Shown one piece after another: positions 52,391 to 64,000 of a DNA stretch of 64,000 nt. Below the pieces are notes generated by a model that had not been told where the DNA came from, did no database searches, and was given only the letters and a program-made list of their open reading frames with translations. The stretch comes from Octopus sinensis (Eukaryota), in the NCBI RefSeq assembly GCF_006345805.1, contig NC_043000.1:16678001-16742000 (forward strand). The letters run 5' to 3'. Numbering within the stretch: position 1 is the first letter of the stretch; each line of letters begins with the position of its first letter. A program made the translations under genes and the position numbers.

Positions 52391-52977
52391 ATAAGAGAGA
52401 TTCATGCTGTATATGTAAGATGTTCAATTTTCTAATTAGAAAAGAGGGCAGGCAACGAAAACAAGAACAAAAATTACTAAAAGAAATTGAAACATGTGTG
52501 GATAAACAATAATACAGATTAGCTCTTGAGGTTTGTCATAGCATCATTAAATTTTTGACACCTTTTCTGCTGCTCTTGGTGAGATATGCAGTTTATTGTA
52601 GTATCATGCACAACTTTGCATACACTTTGGTGCATGAGGAATTCACATACCCACATATGATTGAATTCTATAAGGTGTCTACAGAATTTAGTTGTTGAAT
52701 ACAGGTACACATAGGCCTTACATGGACAGAGCCTAACATATGCACAGTTTAGTTTGTCTACATATACAAAAATATAAGTATTAATAGTTATGTGCATACA
52801 GCCTTAAGCTTGGTACACACAAATTTATATAGACATTTTTTAGCAGCATGCACTTGTGTATACAGACTCTAGCTGGGTACATTCAAGTATATACAAACAG
52901 GGTGCCTTCGTGTGGATAAAGGATCCAGCTGAGTTATGAACCATTACATCCAGATTTTGAATAAGGGGTTACATAAT

Positions 52978-53187
52978 GGTTTCAAATTTTGCTACAAGGC
53001 CAGCAATTTCAGGAGTGTGGACAAATCATATTGACCCCAGAGTTCAACTGGTACATATTTTATCGACCTTGAAAGGATGAGAGGTAAAGTCAACCTCAGC
53101 AGAATTTGAACTCAGAACACAAAGATGGATGAAATACTACTAAGCATTTTGCCCAGCCTGCTGACGATTCTGCCAGCTTGCCGCCTT
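52978..53187 (-). mobile_element. SINE family B variant with an alternative 3' tail (...TTGCTGGCCTTGTAGCAAAATTTGAAACC)
   Basis: Same head and core, different tail. Degenerate relatives lie near 490-610, 2195-2290, 3380-3540, 24555-24710, 34725-35430 and 49615-49830. Confidence 0.8.
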
Positions 53188-53355
53188 AGATAAAGGGTTA
53201 AATAATAAAAAGAATTAGCAAAAACTGTGGGGTTTCAGCATCTTGGGACATTTTCTAAATGGTCAGAGCATCAAAAACTTGCAACTGAAAATAAAGGTTT
53301 TGAGTGCAAACCTAGCTTATGGACACTGATGTATAGAAATAAACATAAAGCTTCT

Positions 53356-53584
53356 TTAACCCTTTAGCATTTAAACCGGCAAAATCCGGCCAAAAGTATT
53401 CAGCCTGTTTTATGTTCAAACTGACCAGATCTGGTCTCTCACACCAACCCTACAATATCGTTTTAAAAATTAACAGCTACCTCATCAAAGTCTCATAGCT
53501 ACAAGATAATGCATGATTAATTCAAAACAATGTGGATAAAAAAGGATTAATTTTGGTAGAATAATGCGAACAGTAAAGGGTTAA
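53356..53584 (+). mobile_element. Non-autonomous TTAA-flanked MITE (piggyBac-type), family 1
   Basis: TTAA|CCCTTTA ... TAAAGGG|TTAA; homologous copies at 5085-5312 and 10867-11094, and partial copies at 57390-57486 and 2305-2348. Confidence 0.8.
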
Positions 53585-53995
53585 ATCACTGGAGACTGAA
53601 CTGATTGACTGGTTGTGTTAAACAGACAAAACCACAATAAACGAAGCTAACAGTCCAAAGAACTTTCGTTGTGATTCTAAAAACTCATCTCAAATATACA
53701 AATGATTGATAAACTAACCTTAGTATCTCACCATTCTTAGTATCCTGTAATAAGGGTCTAATTTCCTGTGTTAGTATGGATTAGGTGTGGTAGAAAAACA
53801 AATGTACATGATGCTGTTTTGGCTTATTTCTTTATCATACAGTAAAGAGTAGCAGGAGACTTAATTCATTTGATATTTCATGGTCTGATATGCCTCCTGG
53901 TATGATTGACAAGTGTCCAATATACAGTAGGCACTTCATAGTCATACCAATTTACAATAAGCATAGTATAGGCATATCAGCATACAATAAGATTG

Positions 53996-54376
53996 TGGAA
54001 GCACTCCGTCGGTTACGACGACGAGGGTTCCTGTTGATCTGAATCAACGGAACAGCTTGCTTGTGGAATTAACGTGGCTGAGCACTCCACAGACACGTGT
54101 ACCCTTAACGTAGTTCTCGGGGAGATTCAGCGTGACACAGAGAGGGACAAGGCCGGCCCTTTGAAATACAAGGTACAACAGAAACAGGAAGTAAGAGTGA
54201 GAGAAAGTTGTGGTGAAAGAGTACAGCAGGGATCACCACCATCCCCTGCCGGAGCCTCGTGGAGCTTTTTTAGGTGTTTTCGCTCAATAAACACTCACAA
54301 CGCCCAGTCTGGGAATCGAAACCACGATCCTATGACCGCGAGTCCGTTGCCCTAACCACTGGGCCATTGCGCCTCC
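53996..54376 (-). mobile_element. SINE family A, full length
   Basis: Same sequence family; TSD AATAAGATTGT. Confidence 0.92.
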
Positions 54377-55271
54377 ATAATAAGATTGTATAGTCCTATT
54401 AACTTGAAGTAAAATTGTATAAATCACCCAATTACAGTGAAATAGCATGGATGTACAGTTGCAATGATATACAACGTATAGAGGAGACTATTTCAACTTT
54501 GGTCCAGAGTTAGAGTAGTGATTACCAACTGAAGAATCATTGGTTCACAACTTACTTTTGTTGTTGCCCTATGTCCAATAGAGAAAACATTTAACTCTCA
54601 ATGGGTCAGCCTACCTAGCTGTAGGTAGGTACCATGTTTAAACATTAGCTTAATTACAAACAACAGGTCTATTGTATATCTGATAAGTGCTTTTCAACTT
54701 GCAGTGTTAAGTTAACATGAACAGGTGGGTCTGAAGCATAATAGGGGTATTTCTGTCACAGATGTGGTTTTATCAATTCTATCACCACCCGACACTAAAC
54801 ACCACTTACTGCAAGCAAATAAAGAAGCCTCTACATAGTTACTTGACTTAATATAAATCACAACCAAATGATTTACTGTCTTAAAACACTGACAATGTGC
54901 AATGCAGTCCCGTCTATAAAAAAAAAAAAAGGACAGGATGGTTACAGCTGGAATGCCTTTAAGTTCTAAGTCTGCTGTATCTGAAATGTCTCAGGATGAA
55001 ACAACATTAATAAACACCTACCATTGACCAATCACATCATCATTCATGACAACCAGAGTCATCTGAGTATTATGAGTGGATGTTTGAGCCATGATTTGCA
55101 AGGAATTCAAACCATGCAAACTACATACATACTCGAAATATTTTCTAATTTTGTCCATTACAGAACTGCTGGAGTGGACACATTTCAAAGATGCCCACTG
55201 TATTGTGGGTTTTCCTACCCCATGCCATATTGTATACACATGACAATAATGATAACAATGAAAAAACATAC

Positions 55272-55483
55272 CTGGAGACCAACAGGGATTTTCTTGGTTA
55301 ATGCTCCTTCAGGGAATATAGTTTGGACTTGAGGGACAACTGTGGAACTGAGCATTCCACCTTCAAAGCCAATTGTCTGATTTTCTTGACGTACGCGAGT
55401 AACAATCGCAAAGTACATGGGGAAATCTGTTGTTAGAATGCGTGTAATACGCTTGGCAACTAGTTCATCTTCTTGGTCCAATT
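55272..55483 (-). CDS. Ank: Ankyrin exon 2: ZU5-A/ZU5-B junction ([33 protein letters not shown]...[12 protein letters not shown])
   Basis: Matches ankyrin RI-x-T-x-DFPxYFA and FPEGALTK-x-I-x-VGLQ. Acceptor ttttaccag|AA, donor CAG|GTATGT; 212 nt, phase 1 to 0. Confidence 0.97.
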
Positions 55484-56527
55484 CTGGTAAAAAAAGATTA
55501 AAAAATGACAATTAGATACCATAATTTTTTTTAAAAAACCCAGTGATTGAAGAATATTTCCTTTGAAAGAGATCTCATAATCAGCTTTTATAAATCTCTA
55601 TTAAACAGAGAAAGTTGGCTCCAGTAATTTAACCTATGAAACTGTAGTTAAGCAAAACATTGAAATATTTGAAGAAATGAACTGTTTTTGTTAAGACTAA
55701 ATACTCATCTCCTTTTCAAACCTACACCTAATTAAAACTATCTGTGCCAATGACATATTAACCAACTGTCACCTATTGTTGATGTAGGATATCATGTATT
55801 TAGTTGAGCAACGGATATGACCTACAAATTGTAAACATCACAAACATTATGAAGGTTTTATTTGATTTAATAATACAGTAGCAAAGCAAAGCCAGAGTAC
55901 AAGTTGCTTTTGATTCCCTGTGAAAGCTAATGCTCTTCATTACATTGCTAATACTCTTAAGGAAGGCACGAACATTATATAATCATGTTCTCCTCTCCAT
56001 ATCCACAAATTTGTGGCCTTGTGCCTGTATAAGAATTCATGTTATTTTAAAATACATTATTTCTTTCTGAAGAAAAAAAGCAATACATGCTTTATTATGA
56101 GGACAAAGAATAATCAACTTAACCAAACCTTGATGTATCACTGGTATTTACTAAAATTTAGATGTTAGAAAACCAAGAGTAATGAAGGAGTAAACTAGAT
56201 TATATAAAGAATATAGTGCACCTATTCAGCACTCTTGATGACTATTTCTCAATATTCTAAGAAGGGAAGGCTAAATCAAATATGGTGGGATCAAACTTTG
56301 TCACCACCATCCCATCCCATCCCATCCCATCCCAACTCTACTAATGTCATTGCTGTTGTTCATTAGTTTCAACCAGATCTTCTTGGTACAGAGGTACAGA
56401 AGGAAGTGAAGAGCATTCTACAGGTGTTCTACCGATATTAATTATAAGTTCAGTCCTATCTGGAACCATTCTCTACATTTTATAATAGAGTTACATGGCA
56501 CCAACTCTTCAGCACTGTGTTCATGCA

Positions 56528-56911
56528 TGGAAGCACTCCGTCGGTTACGACGACGAGGGTTCCGGTTGATCCGAATCAACGGAACAGCCTGCTCGTGAAA
56601 TTAACGTGTAAGTGGCTGAGCACTCCACAGACACGTGTACCCTTAACGTAGTTCTCGGGGATATTCAGCGTGACACAGAGAGTGACAAGGCCGGCCCCTT
56701 GAAATACAGGTACAACAGAAACAGGAAGTAAGAGTGAGAGAAAGTTGTGGTGAAAGAGTACAGCAGGGATCACCACTATCCCCTGCCGGAGCCTCGTGGA
56801 GCTTTTAGGTGTTTTCGCTCAATAAACACTCACAACGCCCGGTCTGGGAATCGAAACCGCAATCCTATGACCGCGAGTCCGCTGCCCTAACCACTGGGCC
56901 ATTGCGCCTCC
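56528..56911 (-). mobile_element. SINE family A, full length
   Basis: Same sequence family, with intact A and B boxes. Confidence 0.92.
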
Positions 56912-58017
56912 ACTTGTTATTGCATGACAACAACAGAGACAGACCAGGTGGACATAGTCAGAGCTACTGCTTGATAGTATTCAAGAAGGCTATTCAACTG
57001 ATTCGTAAAGATTCAGTCATCAAAAGATTATAATGGTTAGTTTACAGACAGGATGCTTCTTATCTTAGCCTCTTTCATCTCCTTACGACTATAGCTTTGT
57101 TTTCTCTGAATTAACTAGCTGCATACCCTCTATAACTAAACACTTTTCATGTTATTTTTCTCCCGTGACTGCAACCCCTAGGAATTCCATCCTTGATTAT
57201 GATCTTCCAACAAAATCTCATTAGAGTGAAAGTGCTGACAGGGAAAATTCTTCTGCCCTATTAACTAACATATATACAAAGGAAAGTGCAGTCATTCTAC
57301 AACTGCCCACATAACCTGTAAGTAGCAAAATTTTAAATTATGCCTCTATTCTTTAATGTCGTTCTAAAACTAAAAAAAACCACATCACTGAAATCTGTAA
57401 ACTACAAGATAATACATGATTAATTCAAAACAATATAAATAAACAAACATCACATTTGAGAGAAGAATCTGCACACTAAAGGGTTAAAGAATTATCTACA
57501 CTGAAATAAATTCACCTCTGGTTCTTAGAACATATCTACATTTCCTTTTATACAATCAACACATCAATAACTTATCAAAATCTTGATACAACAACTAGTT
57601 TCAAACAACATCAAAACACAGACATTACAAATAAAACTATGGAAATGAAATAAAACTATAAATAAAAATAAAATGAAAATAATTGTAATATACTACAAAA
57701 AGTCCTTAAAGCATGCAAATCTGATAACCAGCTGATATGGCTTTGCCTTGCTACATCCAATAACTTCCCACTAACCAACATAATCACTTTGTGATCCTTG
57801 CATTAAAATAGATTTCATTGCTGTTTCAGCTTAATCACCAGATTTATCGTTCTTAGGATTAAAACAGGAAGGATTTAAAATGAAAAAGAATTTATATGTG
57901 GGCTGACGAGGGGAGGGGGTTACAATCTGCTTTATTGAGGCCAGACAGAGCAACAGATACGGTTCTCTCAAACTAAATGTGCTTATTATTAAAGGACCCC
58001 AAAGGAAATGATTCTTA

Positions 58018-58246
58018 TTAACCCTTTCGTTACTGTATTTATTTTGAGATGCTCTGTGTTTCTTCCAATTATTTTAAATATAAGAAAGAATTTAGTAAAA
58101 TAACATCGTTATCATTAAGCTAGTGTTAGGAACATAAATTGTGACTAAGGTTTGGTGGAAATTTTGAAATCAAAACTTATGAAAACAAGACATTTATACT
58201 AAAGAGCCAGAGCTGGTTTCAGCCGGGTTGGTAACAAAAGGGTTAA
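58018..58246. mobile_element. piggyBac-type MITE family 2
   Basis: TTAA|CCCTTTCGTTAC ... GTAACAAAAGGG|TTAA. A degenerate relative at 121-290 shares the right subterminal region. Confidence 0.75.
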
Positions 58247-59420
58247 GAATCTCCTTCTGTGATAGCAGAAACATAAGCTGGAGAAGTAAGTAGGTCCAGT
58301 TAAATCTGTATATACCATATGGCATGAGAGAAAGTATTTATTAATAATCTAAGATTTGCTTGGTATTTCATTCTCCTCCAGGCTCCTTATTAATTATAGC
58401 TTGGGGTTCATGGGGAAGGTAAAAAAAAAATTTAAAAAAAGGGATTTTGCTGCCAGGATATGGAAAAGAAAATATTGAAAATGACAGGCATTTAATCAAC
58501 GGTGTAGAAGTAGCCAATCAAATTCTTCAGAAGCAATCCATATGCCTGGTGCTCAGAATATGCAAATATCTGTTCTAGATGTGGCCACCTAATCTTTATA
58601 GTGGGACAAGATTTAGGACTTATATAAATGCTTCCTACTTTAAAGATGGTAGGGAATTTATCGAAGGAGATTAAGTAGGTTAAACAATTATGTCAAAGAT
58701 AGCTCAGTAGCAACTGGAAAAAGGAAGAGAGACATTTCCATGAGCTAAACACACACACACACACACACACACACAACACCGATTCTATCAAGTTGAAAAT
58801 GCATTAATAACTACATACTAACATGCAGGACAATATCCCTTCTACTAATGAGAAAAAGATTCCTTGTAATAATAAAAAAAAGCACAAACATAAGCTAAAT
58901 CCAAATTGAAATGTGTCCCCAGAAAATTTGTTCTTCCCTAATTTTTGAAATACAAAGCTAATCTATGCTAGCCAGATAGAAGGTTGATAAAATGCTACAC
59001 ACTGACAATCTAGGTTAGAAAATATAGTCAGTGAAGCGTTATAAATATTCCAAAATAAAATAAAAGAGCAAATAGTGAAACAAAACACACCAATGACTAA
59101 TGTAAACTAATGATTTTAAGCTAGACATATACAACAGCAAAAACAGATGATCAATGAACTAAAATAAAAATTTCAAAGCATACAGTAAAAACTGAAGAGC
59201 TAAAATACACAAAATAAAAAATACAATAATTGGGTAAAATAAAATAAAATAAAATAAAAATAAAAGTAGGGGTTAACCCCTTCAAGTCCATTGTAATGAT
59301 ATTAAGTTTCAGTGTGTAAGCTTTTAAAAAAATTTTTTTTGGTACCGAACATCATGTTGTGTCCAGTAAGAGTAGACCGTAGTAATACTTCTCCAGGTTA
59401 GCCCTGATCAAAGAGAGCTA

Positions 59421-59810
59421 TCATCATCATCATTGTTTAACGTCCGTTTTCCATGCTAGCATGGGTTGGACGGTTCGACCGGGGTCTGGGAAGCCAGGAG
59501 GCTGAACCAGGCTCCAGTCTGATCTGGCAGTGTTTCTACAGCTGGATGCCCTTCCTAATGCCAACCACTCCGTGAGTGTAGTGGGTGCTTTTTACGTGCC
59601 ACCTGCACAAGTGCCAGGCGAGGCTGGTAACAGCCATGATCGGTTGGTGCCTTTTATGTGTCACCGGCACGGAAGTCAGTCAAGGCGACACTGGCATCGG
59701 CCACATTCGGACGGTGCTTTTTATGTGCCACCGGCACAGGTATCACAACTACAGTTGCCATTTGATTTTTATTTGATGTTGATGTGCTTGACTCAATAGG
59801 TCTCCTGAAG
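59421..59810 (-). mobile_element. RTE 3'-UTR fragment
   Basis: Same terminus and internal repeat units. Confidence 0.85.
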
Positions 59811-60263
59811 CACAGCAGGTCGCCCTACGATCCAAGGTAAACACAGCAGGCCGTCCTACGATCCAAGGTACTTTGGATGGCTATGTTCAAAGATATTCTA
59901 GCCATGACCATCCTGATTTTAATTCAGACAGTATAACCTGGACTACATTATTCAATGTGGTCCTGCATTATTTAAGATGGCTGGGTGTAATTTGAGAGAA
60001 ATTTGACTGCAACTTCTAGCAGGTCGAATGGTTATGTAGAGGTTCTGTCACTGGCCTGGAGAAAAGACATGGAATGCCATACAGAAAAGATCTGCAAGTC
60101 ATCCTGGCACAGTGGCAAAACAAAATCTTCCTTGAGTCATTCAAATTTTTAGACTACTCATTTGATATTGCTGAAGACTTGAAAAAGTTAATAAACCCCA
60201 AACTAAAAAAACAAAACAAAATGGCAGGCTCACTCCACAGACTGGACGCAGAGGAATTTTGAC

Positions 60264-60418
60264 CTTCGAAACTTCCATTAAGAGTGTCATTAACCGCTTC
60301 CTCTGTTGCTAGTATGGGATGTTCTGTCCATTTCTCTCCATCATCACAACGGATGATGGCTATTTCTCTTTCCTTTCCACGAAGTGAGGCAAAATGAGGG
60401 ACTTCAATGATGACAGGA
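60264..60418 (-). CDS. Ank: Ankyrin exon 1 in window: C-terminal part of ZU5-A (PVIIEVPHFASLRGKEREIAIIRCDDGEKWTEHPILATEEAVNDTLNGSFE)
   Basis: Manual translation (absent from the ORF track) gives the ankyrin motif PV-x-x-E-x-PHF-ASLRG-x-ERE. Acceptor ttttgcag|T (phase 2) and donor GAAG|GTCAAA (phase 1). An alternative in-frame donor lies at 60234. Confidence 0.95.
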
Positions 60419-60533
60419 CTGCAAAACAGAAAAAGAGTGTAAAAATTATAATGTGGGTTGCACTGAGACGCATGTTATTCTTCATTGAATTGTGCAGTAC
60501 TTGTTGATTATGTAAAACTATTAGAGTAAAAAC

Positions 60534-61330
60534 AAGGTGACGAGCTGGCAGAAATGTTAGCACGTCGGGCAAAATGCTTAGCGGTATTTTGTGTGCTGTT
60601 ACGTTTTGAGTTCAAATTCCGCCGAGGTTGACTTAACCTTTCATCCTTTCGGGGTCGATAAACTAAGTACCAGTTACGCACTGGGGTCGATATAATCGAT
60701 GTAATACCTATGTCTGTCCTTGTTTGTCCCCTCTATGTTTAGCCCCTTGTGGGTAGTAAAGAAATAGGTATTTTGTGTGCTGTTACGTTTTGAGTTCAAA
60801 TTCCGCCGAGGTTGACTTAACCTTTCATCCTTTCGGGGTCGATAAATTAAGTACCAGTTACGCACTGGGGTCGATATAATCGATGTAATACCTATGTCTG
60901 TCCTTGTTTGTCCCCTCTATGTTTAGCCCCTTGTGGGTAGTAAAGAAATAGGTATTTTGTGCGCTGTTACGTTTTGAGTTCAAATTTCGCTGAGGTTGAC
61001 TTTACCTTTCATCCTTTCGGGGTCGATAAATTAAGTACCAGTTACGCACTGGGGTCGATATAATCGATGTAATACCTATGTCTGTCCTTGTTTGTCCCCT
61101 CTATGTTTAGCCCCTTGTGGGTAGTAAAGAAATAGGTATTTTGTGTACTGTTACGTTTTGAGTTCAAATTCCGCCGAGGTTGACTTAACCTTTCATCCTT
61201 TCGGGGTCGATAAATTTAGTACTAGTAATGCACTGGGGGGGGGGGGGGGTCGATGTAATTGACTTAATCCATTTGTCTGTCCTTGTTTGTCCCCTCTATG
61301 TTTAGCCCCTTGTGGGGCAATAAAGAAATA
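60534..61330 (+). mobile_element. SINE family B tandem array: one head plus four 184-bp body units
   Basis: Units start at 60583, 60767, 60951 and 61135. A single 15-bp TSD TAAAACTATTAGAGT flanks the array (60513-60527 / 61332-61346). Confidence 0.92.
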
Positions 61331-61399
61331 ATAAAACTATTAGAGTGAAAGAGGGTAACACTCATGACACTTTGAGGCCATTCCAAACTTCATTACAAT

Positions 61400-61702
61400 T
61401 ACATCATGTGTCAGTCAGTATGCACTAACTGTCATTCTTCTGTACTTGTGCATTAACAGTCACTTTCATGTATGCATCACATCTTTGTACATGTGACATT
61501 AAACAGTTCCTCTGCACTAGTGCATCATCAGCTGCTCAGCCCTCATGCATTTGCAGTCTCTCTCTGAACTAGTGCATCAACAGTGTCACTACACATGGCC
61601 ACTAATAATCAGTCTGCACATTTGCATCAACAGTCTCTCTGTACATGTGCATTATCAGTCTCAGTGCACATTTGCATCAACAGTTACCTCCACATGCATA
61701 TT
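61400..61702. repeat. Degenerate minisatellite, ~25 bp unit (TGCATCAACAGTCTCTCTGCACATG-like), interrupted by the CR1 insertion
   Basis: Recurring TGCATYAWCAGT; similar units resume after 62186. Confidence 0.65.
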
Positions 61703-62186
61703 GACATACAGCATCTCGAAAGAGTCCAGAAGCTGGCTACCCGCATGGTTCTTGGTCTCAAGAATTTGTCTTATGAAGAAAGGCTGAAGACGCTCGACCT
61801 TTATTCTCTAGAAAAACGATGATGCCGTGGAGATCTCATTCTCGCTCACAACATCATAAGCGGAAAGTGTAACCTCTCGAAAGAGCTGTTCTTCACTCCT
61901 GCTCCAGAGAGTCGGCTGCGGGGTCATTCCGAAAAGCTCTACCTGTGACGATTTCATCTCAATCGAAGGAGAGGAGCTTTCTCCGTTAGGGTTGCGGATC
62001 CGTGGAACAAGCTGCCAGACGAGATGGTGAAGATGCCGACGACCGCTTTGTTTAAAGTCTCCCTTGACCTCAAGTGGCCTGAACTCTTTACATGAACACC
62101 AGCCTGTACTTAACTCCATGTTCCCCTACATGGCCTTGCTTTTTGCTTTTGAGCCAAAAAATTAACTAACTAACTAACTAACTAAC
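61703..62186 (+). mobile_element. CR1/L2-group LINE 3' fragment with (TAAC)n tail
   Basis: LERVQKLATRMV-x-GL-x-x-LSYEERL-x-x-L-x-L-x-SLEKR*-x-RGDLI...RGHS-x-KL...WNKLP is the CR1-type ORF2 C-terminus; two in-frame TGA. Confidence 0.9.
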
Positions 62187-62413
62187 TGTCACCATCCTTA
62201 ATGTCCAGTAACTGTCACATCTCACATGTGAATAAACTGCCTTCATCTTCTCCACATATGAATTAACTGCATATATAAAATATATTTGCCAACTAAATGT
62301 GGTGGTCCTATAGAGGATGGTGCTACTGTTGTTTTTAGCCCCAGAAAGACATCTTCCCTAGCTGTCTGAAACATCATGTATCATTTTATCTATTTTATAA
62401 ATGTAATATTCAC

Positions 62414-62516
62414 TTCCCAGACATTTGTACATTAATGCATATGCTTTATACGCACTTTTGACAAGTTGTGGTGCACCTGAGCACTGTATACAATAATTTC
62501 ATTATTATTATTATTA
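62414..62516 (+). mobile_element. 3'-UTR remnant of the second CR1/L2 family
   Basis: GACAAGTTGTGGTGCACCTGAGCACTGTATACAATAATTTC(ATT)n is identical to 38730-38788. Confidence 0.8.
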
Positions 62517-63675
62517 TATTATAATATTTTTTCTAGTTGCAGTTGCAATCAAACAACAAAGGTCACAAGGTCAATTAGACCCAAAACATATATAATAGAA
62601 ATAAGTATTATGAAGAGATATGAAATATTTGTCAAACGAAAATTGAGAATGTCACAAAAAAAAAAACAAACAAAAAAAAACCCCTCCACTTAAATTGGCT
62701 GATTAACAGCCAAAAAACAACAGGCCACATGTTTTCTTTTAATGACTGGCATATTTTCCTTCCAAAACATTGACCGTGAAACTTATCAGTTTGCAATTTC
62801 ATGATGATTAGAAAAATAATCTTAAATATCTTTTAATAATAAAATCCTTAATGAGTAAAACTTAACCATTTTGATACCACTCCACTTGTACCAGGCCTTA
62901 AGTTTTATGATACAAAATTGTCAAGTTTTAAAAGTGTTTCTATTAAAATTGAAGCTTTCCAACATTTTTTATAAGAACATTTCATGTTCTAAATACCAGC
63001 TAATTAATGAAAAAGTTATTTATTTTATTTTATTAAGATCTCCAAATTCTTGAATATTTTCCAGTTTGAAATGCAAAAACTGTGTTTTTCATCAGAAATA
63101 TGCTAACAAAAAGGTTAATACTGTTCTCAAAATATTTTCACAGAAATATCTGTATAGTTTTGGTCTAAATGACTCTAAAACTTCTCTTGTTTAATTGCAA
63201 CCTCAACTGAGCATTAAAAATATAGCAATTTTATTTCAACAAGCACATTATACATTTATGAGCTCATAACTAAAAAAAGAAAGAAAGAAAAAAGACTCTT
63301 ATAAAAATAATTTTTTATCAATCAGACATGGCACTTAACTCCTTGTCTTTTATTTAGTTTAGGTATGAACATCTCAAGGATTATTGTTGCTTAGTTATAA
63401 AAGTATGCAGTCTGAGTTACAAAATGTCACAGTCACCTCAATGTGGAGACCTGGAATGTATGACCTTTAAGTAATCTGAGAATAACAACACAAATGGTAA
63501 CAGTAAGGTGGATCAGTGGTTAAAGTACCAGGCTACTAGTGCATTAATCCTGGGCTCAAATCTGTTACAAGTGTTTTGTCTTTCTGGGCACTTAACTCAG
63601 CTGTAGTCAGAAATAGGTACCTGGTTATTGGCAGGTGGTGATGGAGGAAACAATGCTATTTGTGATAGATTGTCG

Positions 63676-63895
63676 TCATGTAAAGAGTTCAGGCCACTTG
63701 AGGTCAAGGGAGACTTAAAACAAAGCGGTCGTTGGCATCTTCACCATCTCGTCTGGCAGCTTGTTCCACGAATCCGCAACCCGGATGGAGAAAGATCCTC
63801 TCCTTTGATTGAAATGAAATCGTCGCAGGTAGAGATTTTCGGAATGACCCCGCAGCCGACGCTCTGGTGCAGGAGTGAAGAACAGATCTTTCAAG
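63676..63895 (-). mobile_element. Same CR1-type LINE, inverted fragment ending at the ORF2 stop
   Basis: RRLRGHSENLYLRRFHFNQRRGSFSIRVADSWNKLPDEMVKMPTTALF. Confidence 0.85.
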
Positions 63896-64000
63896 AGAAT
63901 GTGTCCCACCTGCTTGCTCTATGCAGTTCCAACTGTCATGGTATCAGGTTTATTTGAGGATATTAGCTTCCACAGAGAAATGTCTCACCCACAGGAAGAT

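Noticed and set aside
59812-59872. Short direct duplication CACAGCAGGYCGYCCTACGATCCAAGGTA
   Set aside because: A local tandem duplication at the truncation edge of an RTE fragment; no functional signal.
60583-61330. Regular repeat array suggestive of CRISPR
   Set aside because: The 184-bp units are SINE bodies with no unique spacers, there are no cas genes, and the context is eukaryotic.
63975-64000. Possible donor (TGG|GTGAGA) of the upstream ZU5-A exon
   Set aside because: The needed phase-2 end encoding ...FLG is not produced; too little sequence is available.

Overview
Eukaryotic, AT-rich, repeat-dense genomic DNA. The SINE, LINE and microsatellite content resembles an octopus or other coleoid cephalopod genome (inference). 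The window holds the 3' half of one canonical ankyrin gene (ANK1/2/3 / UNC-44 / Drosophila Ank2 family) on the minus strand. I rebuilt 13 GT-AG exons with matching phases from 60418 down to 17265. They total 2167 nt, i.e. 1 nt plus 722 codons including the stop, and encode the end of ZU5-A, ZU5-B, UPA, the death domain and an acidic C-terminal tail. The ankyrin-repeat exons and the start of ZU5-A lie beyond position 64000. Most entries in the ORF track are artefacts of microsatellites or transposable elements. The introns carry at least four tRNA-derived SINE families, RTE and CR1/L2 LINE 3' fragments, TTAA (piggyBac-type) MITEs and a mariner-type MITE. The most interesting leads are alternative C-termini (including a candidate hydrophobic tail-anchor exon), signs of regulated splicing, and dsRNA structures that could be ADAR or back-splicing substrates. 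I found no prokaryotic-type system, CRISPR array, rRNA or genuine tRNA gene.
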